From positions 2,761,162-2,825,161 of the forward strand of contig CM082598.2 of the NCBI GenBank assembly GCA_040954595.2: a stretch of DNA of 64,000 nucleotides, in the 5' to 3' direction. Positions 50,482 through 60,230 of this stretch are shown one piece after another. The notes under the pieces are model-generated. The model was not told the DNA's origin. It ran no database searches and worked only from the letters and a program-made list of their open reading frames with translations. The position numbers and the translations under genes are program-made. This DNA is from Balanoglossus misakiensis (Eukaryota; Animalia; Hemichordata). Positions within the stretch are counted from its first letter, which is position 1. Every line of letters begins with the position of its first letter.

Positions 50482-53477
50482 ATGATGAATGGTGTGAGCG
50501 CCCTCGTCGAGAACAACAATAGTGAATGCAAGAAAATAACACCGGTAAAGTAGTTACTGATTGTCTCAGTTGCATGCACAACTATCAGAATCAAATAATA
50601 TGGGGTAGACATAGACATAGACGGCGAAATTTCAACAGCTGGCGGCCGATTGAACGGACTAGGATTGGGGTGCATAATGGGAAGTGGCAACAGCTCGCGT
50701 TTCGGACACTGACCGTGGAACAACCAATCAAAATATGAACGGGTGACATCAAAATATAGCGTGGTCTCATGACCACTTTTACACAGCTGTCTGTACAACA
50801 ACTACACGTTACAATTTGGTCAAGTATAGTTTCCTTAGTTAATTGGCTAGTTAGTTTGCTAACGTGCCAAAAACGTGCGTCTCTTTTCAGAATGGGCACT
50901 CAGAGAAATCCGGAGTTGATTCCGAAATTGTCTCCGCCATTTTTCCTGGTTTGTTGTCCAAACCCAAGTACATCCCGAGCTGGTATCAATATGACACGAC
51001 CGGTTCGCGCCTGTTCGACCGAGTAGCTATGGAGGACCCGAACTATCATATCTACCGAGCCGAGTCTGAAATCTTTCAAAATAACAATGGTGAGTTGTCG
51101 TTTAACCCTAGGTTTGCGAAACTGTCAAAATCACGTCCCCCACCACTGAATGTGTTGCAACAATTTTCTGATTTTCACAAATTTTCCTTATTATTCGCCT
51201 AAATTCTAGAAAAAAGTGGGGTTACTGAATTTTTTTAAATGACTACATTTTGACGTTGAGATACAGTGTGTTCTCAGACATTTGCTGTGTGCTTTATAAA
51301 CAGGCTTCGAGTAACTGTCTGTGATTTTATACGATTCTAAACATTAAAAGGCCAGAAGCTGAAAATTTTACCAACTTTCAACTTTCTGAATCACATGGGT
51401 TACATAACAATGTGTATTATTATGTACATAATAATAATGTGTATTGTTATGTAGGACGAACAAGCAGTAATGAGGGACTGTTATGTTGTTATACGTAGCG
51501 ATCAACTGTACCGACGTGGAGTCTTTTTGTAATTATGCAAATTGGCACAATGGTCCCTGACTGCATTTTGTGTGTACATGATGGTATTGCATGGCTTGAA
51601 GTCAATGACCTCTGAATGCTCTCAATGTCGACTTCTCCATACCATTGATGTACCGTCTGAGGGCGTACTATATGAGTCAATGCGCACAAAATGTTGCCAA
51701 ACTTTGCCAAATACGCAGCTGACGAAGGTGCTTTGATTTCTGGAAGAAGTTCTGAGTAATGCTATCAACTTGCCCTGTTTCAGACGATATTGCTTCGTGC
51801 GCAGGAGCGCCTACTCTTGTCGAACTGGGTGCAGGCAGCTCAACGAAGACTTTGTACTTGATCAAAGCGCTGTTGGAAAAGTACGGGAGTTTGACATTCA
51901 TTCCCATCGACATTGCAAAGGGTACGTGAGTCTGTTCTATCCCACAATCCACTGTGTTTCCAAGATGGCGGTTAAGACAAACCTCCCCATGCATATACTA
52001 TCTAACCTAGTCTTGCTGTGACCTGTGCGCATTCATGACATTTCTAACTTGATAATCAGAAATTGTCTCATAAGTTGCACCCTTTCTTTGCATCTCGCCC
52101 ACCGTTGATGGCGTATTACTGTGTATTTCTAAAACACATTTTTCTGCGTGCCAATTACTTCAGATTTTATCGAAGAACATGCCCGCATAATGATGGACAA
52201 ATTTGAAGGCCTCACCGTGGCTCCCTTTGGTGGTGAATATGTGGATGGCATACGCCACCTAAAGAATATTCCGGGGCAGAAACTCATCATATTTATTGGG
52301 ACTAGTATCGGTAACATACCGATGGAGAAGATGGCGACCTTTCTGCTTGAAGTGAAAAGTGTGATGGGTGAGGCACTACCTTCCTTTTAAACGTGTTATT
52401 ATAATAGACAAACAACGTTTTATATAGATGGAAGACAATTAAAAAAGCTAATTTGTAATACAAAATGGAATTCTACTAAAATGATTTTGCTACTAACTTG
52501 TCACAAGCGCCTCAGTATCGATTCCATTGTGTTTTATGAAATACCTATATTAAATTTCTCCTTTTTGTCCCTGTTTTAAAATGCAGGACCAAACGACGGT
52601 TTTCTCGTGAGTTTTGATCGTGTACAAGATAAGACAAGGCTTCTGACGGCTTACAGTAACCCATCCACTGAGGGGGAGTTTACTCTCAACGTTCTGACTC
52701 GGCTCAATCAGGATTTCCATGCCAACCTAAAAAGGGACAATTTCACACTCCACACCAACTACGTCATTCGTGACGTCAGCGTCGGAATAATCGACAAACC
52801 ACAATACATACAGAAGGGCCTGAAGAGTCGATGCCAGCAGAAAGTCAAATTGGGTAAGTCATTTACTTTTCTCACTCCAACCCAAAGCATTATATTATAA
52901 TCAACATTTTCTGTTATTTTGCACGAATACAGCATTGTTGGAAGCTCCATTAGCTGTAGATTTTCGCCATGACATACATTGTGACAGTTTTGAATTCAAG
53001 TACCGAATATAATCAATTTGTCAGCAGTAACAATGACCGTTACTCGGTATGTTAGCATATTGATTTGAGTAGAGAAAGAAATTCAATATTCATACACAAA
53101 ACAAGGTTACTGGAAATAAAGCCAGAAGTTACAGTTAATGTCCCGTTAACAACTCTCTATCGTTAGTGTACAATCCGTTCTTTCAGTCATATCTTATAAC
53201 TCAGTTATTTACAATAACAATGTACATGTACCAGTCTGAGTCGGTCGAACTATAGCACAATGTTTCGTATTTTTCAGGGGCTGTTGATTTAGACTTGACT
53301 TTTGAAGAAGGGGAAGTTTTGTATTGTCACGAAGCGGACAGTCTGAGCATTAAGTGGACGTGGACGCAATTTGAAGACGCGGTCACCAAGTGCGGCTTTT
53401 ATTTGGACAGGAAGTGGACAGACGCGAAAGAGAGCTTGGGCTTGGTGTTGATGAGATGCAAGGCGCACGAAGAATAG
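50482..53477 (+). CDS. EgtD/EasF-family (DUF2260, Methyltransf_33) SAM-dependent amino-acid N-methyltransferase, 6 exons, ~356 aa
   Basis: Exons: 50482-50544, 50891-51089, 51784-51921, 52164-52367, 52587-52853, 53278-53477. All introns are GT-AG and in phase (1071 nt). Motifs GLLSKPKYIPSWYQYDTTGSRLFD, NYHIYRAE, LVELGAGSSTKT, FIPIDI, FIGTSIGN, LLTAY...FTLNVLTRLN and KWTD match the EgtD family. AATAAA at 53522. The first exon is the least certain. Confidence 0.9.
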
Positions 53478-53874
53478 GCGCCTCGGTGACAGCTTTTATC
53501 TTAACCTGAAACCATGGCAACAATAAAAGTCAATCTCTGAAAAATGTCCTCGGTGTGTTTTTGTCCCTTTAATGAACCAGTTGGAAAAGAGAAGCATATC
53601 GTTCCACTGTGTGATAAGCGTGCATGAGAAGAGCGGTGCTGTTTTGACCAATATGTTCAATTCCCACATACATGTACTGACAATGCCAGAGCTTCAAAAA
53701 ACACACAATGTAGAAAAACGCGGTAAAATACGTACTCCACATAAACGTACACATGTTGTTATTTGATGTCCACAAATCACGGCAAACGTAAAATGTAAAT
53801 TATAAATGCTGATAATAATATAATATGTGGTGTTATAGAATACCACACGATGATTATTACAAGTTCATGTAATT

Positions 53875-54597
53875 TTACAGCGTTCCATGTCTGTCGATAA
53901 CAATCTTCGGCAAGGCTTCGATTCCTCTGGTACCACGCCTCAGAACGTCTCTGTTCCTCTTCCTCGATTGGTTCGAACGCCTGATCTTCGCCGCCCTCAG
54001 CAGCTGCGACGCCAGGGTGGGTGCAACCAGGCTGGCCGTGGTCAGCTCCACCACGGGAAGGCTCTCGTAGCTGGCGGCCGCCGCCACGTTGCGCGCCCGT
54101 ATAGAGTGGCACATCCCGCAGCTGTTGGGCCCGAGGACATCGCAGAAGTGGTCGGACTTGGCCAGGTGTTTCTCGTTGAACCGCCAGCACGACGGCCGCT
54201 GTCCCTGCCTCTTCTGTCGCCTCTTCCGCCGCCTGCGACTGGACTTGCGCGATCTCGGCTTCGCCGTGAGGTCGATCCCCGCCAGACGGGGAAGGAGACC
54301 ATGGTCTACATCCCAGTCGACGTTGGTGTGTTGCTTGATTTTCCCCTCTCCGAAGAAATCAACCTCCGGGCTGTAGAAGTATCTATCGCTGTAAATAGAA
54401 CGTTTATCCATTCTATTTTGTGACATCAAAATCGGTTGGTCACCATTCGGGTTCCACATGGGCGTTTTCGGCCTTCTTTCTTTCCTCTTTCTCGGGTCAA
54501 CGATGATGGCGTACTTAGTACATGGGATCGGCGGAAGTTTAGTTGTCTCACAATCAAGCTGGCCTTCTCGGCGATAGGACGAACCAAAACCGTCCAT
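53875..54597 (-). CDS. Uncharacterised 240-aa Arg-rich protein, single coding exon, with FCDVLGPNSCGMC and C-terminal PKIVID
   Basis: GC-rich ORF. The acceptor gttcgtcgtttacag ends 2 nt before the ATG. It shares a Cys motif with 56592-57437. Confidence 0.8.
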   Translation of the reverse strand: MDGFGSSYRREGQLDCETTKLPPIPCTKYAIIVDPRKRKERRPKTPMWNPNGDQPILMSQNRMDKRSIYSDRYFYSPEVDFFGEGKIKQHTNVDWDVDHGLLPRLAGIDLTAKPRSRKSSRRRRKRRQKRQGQRPSCWRFNEKHLAKSDHFCDVLGPNSCGMCHSIRARNVAAAASYESLPVVELTTASLVAPTLASQLLRAAKIRRSNQSRKRNRDVLRRGTRGIEALPKIVIDRHGTL

Positions 54598-55680
54598 TTC
54601 TGTAAACGACGAACAAATCCATATGCACGATCATAAATATGATACGCAATGACCCGAATAATTCATTTAAATAGCTTGTCATGTGTGCAAAATTCAATTT
54701 TCCTCGGCGCAAGCTACACGTGCAAGACTTGTCACCAGCGAAATCAGTGTTATGTATCCATGCGCGTGCCACATCACCGCTGTCAACATAAGCTAATCAA
54801 AGAGGCCGTCAATTGAAAGGTGTAAAACCTCCTGAAAACGGCCGTAGATTCACTTAACGTGATAAACGCGTAAGGATATTTTTATGCTACAATACGTAAA
54901 ACAACCGCAGAGAAAAGAGCTCCCCAGGGGACCAACGAGGCGATATACAATACCCATACGCGGGTCTCGTTTTTCAGTAGAACAAAAGGCTTGTGAAGTT
55001 AAAAACAAACTTGCGCTTGTCACAATACCGAATGTAGGGCTGCACTGAGTCACAAAGACACGATATTTGTTACAGTAGCTTATGGTCAATATTTCGTAAA
55101 TTGCGTCATTTTGTTGAGAACTTGTCTCTGTTTGCTAAATATCCGTTTAATTCGTGCAGTTTGTGTTGTCACAATGATTTGCGCATTGCCTACACTTTTC
55201 GCCTACACTTTTCGTCATATGACCGAGAGTTAAAAACTTCAATGTTTTGCAGTTGAGCTGTTGTAAATAATAAAAATGCAAATTTTTGTCTTCGAGGAAT
55301 ATTAGACTAAAGAATTGAATATATTTTGTATGATTTATCAGATTTTTGACGGTGTTTAAGTTGTGTAACGATCTGGGCTGAAATATACCAGGGTATTTGG
55401 AGAAGTAAATGTCCTACCTGTGAAACTATGGCTTCCTTCTCTCCTTGTAAATATACCAAGAAGCAGTTTCGCCAACTCAAGGTGCGTCGTTGTTTACGAG
55501 AAACGAACAGGTGATCTCGGCGGGGTAGTCACTCATGTCCACAAGGTCATAAATAATTAAGCAGCTTAAAAGGTTCTTAAAGTGGCGATAAAGAGCATAT
55601 CGCGGGGAAAAAGTAACGCTTTCTGGATTCGCATCAGAAAGCAGTTAATCATGGCGGGACCAAGTTGTTTACGAACGTCG

Positions 55681-55782
55681 GTTGCCTGAGAAACCGAGAG
55701 ATGTCATTTCAACTAACTTTATTGTGTGCGCGCGAAGTTTGATACAGCGCGGCGAAAAGCGATCTTACCGTTGCCTTGCAAC
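55681..55782. promoter_or_regulatory. Pair of X-box-like sites upstream of the 240-aa gene
   Basis: GTTGCCTGAGAAAC (55681-55694) and GTTGCCTTGCAAC (55770-55782) in a CpG-rich patch ~1.1 kb upstream on the minus strand. Confidence 0.45.
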
Positions 55783-56591
55783 AGGTGGTATACGAGTCTT
55801 AATTTGCATGCGGCCAGTCTCGGCTGCCTGAAAGTTTACTGCAGTGACCTCCAGTGACTTTTTAAGGTGTCAATTTGCGCGGCCAGTAGAAACTGGATTT
55901 TAACGCTCAGGGCAGAAAAGAAGTTCTCTTCCCAATATTTTGATTTACTTTTCAAAATCTGTAATTTATGATGATATAATCTGTAGGTGACAAACGTCGT
56001 TAAAATAAATGTATTATATTTTCTGCATCCTCAGACAACATATACTCTAGAACAAATGGGAAAGAATAAACAGAGTCCATTGTTACATAAAATAGATAGA
56101 GTCACAGTCTGTATATTGAAAGCAAGGACATTTCTTTGCCATTTTTTGACCAAAACTAACATATTCTAGAAAATCAACCATTATGATTTTTGATATTGGC
56201 CATGTTACATTCCAACTGCGTTTACGTGTACATCCCTGCGATTCTCAGTTCCACAATAACGAATTATTCCTATTTTCAAAGATTTGTACTTCCCCTGGCA
56301 AAGAAATGGCGTACTGAGTTAAGAGAACTTTAAACAAAAGTGTTCGAGTCAGGATATACGGCTACAATGAATGGCGCCCGATTCCAATTCATGGGATATG
56401 GATAAGCCCGAAGTGAAGCTTTGGATCATAAAGGGAATCGGATTATTGGTCAAGTAATATTGCCACGTAAAGTGGGGTGGGTTTGGTGAATGGTTTAAAG
56501 TGGGGTTTCTTGTCCATGCCACAAGTATGACAGGTCTATTATGACCTTTGTCACTGTTTTTGTATACTAATGCAGACAATAGCAGAGTCAT

Positions 56592-57437
56592 CTAGATCGT
56601 TGGTGGCGCTATATGCCAATCGATGGGACTGTTGGCTGGGGCGGGGCGTTCTGGTATGTCGTCCACGAACCGGACTCGTGACGAGCGGGAGGACATGGTC
56701 CGTGGTTTCCTCATCACACGGCGGTGGATTTCGTTGTCGGTGACACAGTCTCGAATCTGGAACAGTTTTCGGGGCGTGCTCCCCGAGTGCGAGTGAGTCG
56801 ACGGGGTTGGGCTCTCGTTCCCCAAGGATTGTGACATCTGCTGCCGGCTGGCTTCCACCGAAGTCAGGTGTCGCTTGTTGCCGGCGGCTAGCCGTGTCTC
56901 GGCGCACAGCGTGCGGGGGTTGATCTCCCTGGCCGGCGGGAAGGTGCGGATGTAGTCGAACTCGTTCTCCAGTCTCTTCTTCTCGCGCATGCAGTCCCGG
57001 CAGGAGTACACCCCGAGCACCTCGCAGAACTCCTTGGCCGATCTGTGCCGCGGTATGCTCGTGATTCTCGTCGGGGTCTCAGTCAAACCGGTGCGGCCGC
57101 AAATTTGCCCGCGACGCTGAAGTTGACACAGGCAGCAGTCGCCACTCTTTCTGAACCCGCTCTTCACGCGCTCATTCGGAAGTCGAGACATCTGACTGGT
57201 CGCATCGTTTATCACCGGCAACTTCTCCGGCGGAGGGCGCCCTTCTAGTCCGTATTTCACGACTTTACTCCTCTCGATAAACTCCGTCAAGGATCTCCTC
57301 ATTTGAAATATGTCGTATTTAATCTCGTGGTCATTCTTTTTTCGAGGTGAGGTGGCGCTCTCAATCTCGAATGGTCCAAACGGGTGAACTGGAAAGGTGA
57401 CGATCTGTGCTCGACGGCCCTGATAGACTTGCTGCAT
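56592..57437 (-). CDS. Uncharacterised 281-aa Arg-rich protein, single coding exon, with FCEVLGVYSCRDC and RVRF
   Basis: GC-rich ORF with a candidate acceptor ...ctcttgaagctgaactgtag ~11 nt before the ATG. It shares a Cys motif with 53875-54597. Confidence 0.82.
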   Translation of the reverse strand: MQQVYQGRRAQIVTFPVHPFGPFEIESATSPRKKNDHEIKYDIFQMRRSLTEFIERSKVVKYGLEGRPPPEKLPVINDATSQMSRLPNERVKSGFRKSGDCCLCQLQRRGQICGRTGLTETPTRITSIPRHRSAKEFCEVLGVYSCRDCMREKKRLENEFDYIRTFPPAREINPRTLCAETRLAAGNKRHLTSVEASRQQMSQSLGNESPTPSTHSHSGSTPRKLFQIRDCVTDNEIHRRVMRKPRTMSSRSSRVRFVDDIPERPAPANSPIDWHIAPPTI

Positions 57438-60136
57438 GATGTCGCCCTCTACAGTTCAGCTTCAAGAGAAAAATCTCGACCACAAATTCAGTCGTCTTGG
57501 TCTTCTGTGCGTTCACATTTATCTAGCGGAAGAATTGAATAGATACATTCCAGTTTTTCTTGGGTAAAATTAATATATGATCGATGGAAATACCTCATAA
57601 GTACGCCAATTGCTGTGTAAACCCACAGCCTTATGAAATTCCAAACAAAGCTGACGACAATTTTAGCCCGAGGACACTACAAAATTTGACCAATATTATC
57701 AAAACTTCAGTGACGTCATTTCAGAGACGTACCAAAAATTACGTCACAGACGCATCCACGCGACAATCCCCGAAGCCAATTCAGGTCACATTCCATCACC
57801 GCAAAAAGGAATTGTTTGTCCGAACTGGTAATCGTTAACTTTTCACTTAACACAAATACCAGTCTGACACTAAATGGCTCCGTAATGCATATTTAGTATT
57901 AAGACATTCGTGCGTCGCTGTAATTGCGTGGAAACCAAGGTATTTATCGGGCGGGCATTGCGCTCCATAACACTGGTTCCAAGTTCAATGAGACAGCGAT
58001 TTTGTCTTGGTCTCAGTGTCCACTGGATTATGTTGAAATTTATAAGCTTAAGATCATCGCCCCAGTCTGTAAGTCAGTGTGTATACCTTTAGCGAGCGCA
58101 TACATTCTTTGCCGCTACCAAAAGGCATGGACAGACTTTAGCAAATTTTAGTTTTGTGAGTCCGCGACACCATTCATGCAAAAACCGACCAGGGTGTGTT
58201 CACTCTCGCACACGTTTGACCGCGGTCACTCGTTTGACAACGTAAATTTATACAAGTAAAAAAAAGTCAGCCTTGCTTGGTTTTTGTCGGACCCGACTTG
58301 AGGTATGTTTATAGTTACACTAACGACAGGCCCAGAAACAGACTGACACAAAGAATGTCTGTAGTCAGCCTGAATGGCTACAGGTAGGATTACCTGTAGA
58401 TCTAGATACTTAGGGTACTTTACTAACATATGTAGCTACCGGTCAAATTCCATGCGTCGACCGGAGAGGGTGTATAACCTTTGTCGTTGAAAAAAAACAA
58501 AGGCTTTCCAGCCAGAACAGCGAGAATTTATGGTGTGAATTTTTCTCACCTGGTCAGAGACGCATACTGGTCCATTTTGTGTGCGTGTGGGCTACTTAAT
58601 TTAACGCCGTCAGCTTGATTGCAGACGCAGCCACGGAATTGGGCGCTGGACGGGGTAGACGCGCGCGTCAGATTAAACAGAAGCGCGTCTCACACCACGC
58701 ACAACACCCCCGAGCGAACTCTGCTGCGGCTTGGCAACCAACTCGTCGCCCGTGTCACCGACGGCCTGACCCAGCCAGCGCTAGCCATTCGCGAAGGGCA
58801 CCTCACAAGTGTTTCCTTATCAAACAGCAAACAATAAACGCATTGCTTTGTGTGCGTCAATATTGTGAGCGTAAACAGTGGGCGACTCAATATATATGCC
58901 AAACACAGTAGACTGACTGCCTTTCATTTGTTGAATTCTATAGTGGGCCTGATGCCGCCACCGTGGTTACGACCAACGCCGCGTCCTTTCATCGCGTCAT
59001 TTCGCGACCACCAGACAAATTTTTCCACCAATTACTTTAGATTACAATTCTCAAGTGCTGTTTTTTCTCTTCTCCAGTAATTGTCCCCGGTGGTCCCAAA
59101 GATTTGCGAGACAGACGAGGGAAATTGATATTTCATGACTTTTTAAAGACAGAACGTCTTACCCACCAATCGATCATAAGTCAACAACCAAAGAAATCAA
59201 TAATTTTCCGTATGACAAAATAAATCTTTTGAAACTCAGACACGAGGCAGGAAGTTAACACTATAGATCCACAGAATAAAAAGTAAACATGGAAATCGCT
59301 ATTGACTTTACATCGACGCATTTATTCTATGAGAAAACAGTCTCTCTGATATTTGTGAAACAGAGCTCTGGGGGGGTGTTACAGGGTTACAGCCAATACT
59401 GATCACATCAGTGAATGCAAGGCCTTAACATTTTAAAACAATGGAGGACGATGTGTAATAACAAGTCGATTCCCCTAAATATTTTCTATATATTCTGGTG
59501 AAAGTTACGTCAATCTGGTTCGCCATTTAACGGATCGATTTGCCAAGTTTTGGCGAACACTTTCGAACGCAATGGTGTTCACATGAGCTACAGTCACGAC
59601 TAGCGCCCTCATGGATCATCCAATTGATTTCTTTTGTTACTGACAGGTACGTCAGCGATCCATGGACTTTCCACTGTCGCCATATTGTCGGCCAATCACT
59701 TTATCATCGTGCTGGCTGCATTTACATAAACTTATTCTTTTCTAGTCATTTCAGAGCTGTACATGCGCACCAAATTGCAGACCAATTCGATCAGACACGC
59801 ACATACACAGCGTGACAGATATCGGTATGAACATTATCTCGCGTGTGTCAACACGTGGGGAAAAAAAACTCGCCATGGTCAGATCTGCAGGGACTACAAA
59901 AGTCACACTGTTTGAAAGCAATGTAAAATCATGGTAAACGCATGTCAACGAAATACCAGGATGTAGGGGTCACACATATGGGTCATGACACAGGCATATT
60001 TAAATGATCAGTCGAATATATTCAACACTGCGGAGGGGAGGTCAAATTTTAGAAAAAAGTGAAATTTGGCATGTCTACATCTGCTTATTCAGCTTCTCAT
60101 GTGAATTTTTTTTAAAGGAATTTTCATGGTAAAATA

Positions 60137-60230
60137 GGGCAACGCGGCGAGACAGTGTACTGACCCGAATGAATCGGATCCCGTGAGGAGTACGGTGCCC
60201 AGAGTACACGTATCATGCGCCACGTTACCC
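60137..60230 (-). other. Branched hairpin (candidate structured RNA or small palindromic repeat)
   Basis: Nested inverted repeats in which three C-A mismatches on + become G-U pairs on -. It is followed by TATTTT on the minus strand. Confidence 0.3.

Noticed and set aside
58560-58911. GC-rich patch with short ORFs
   Set aside because: It is more simply a promoter or 5'-UTR exon region of the 281-aa gene (minus-strand donor near 58550), and there is no coding evidence.
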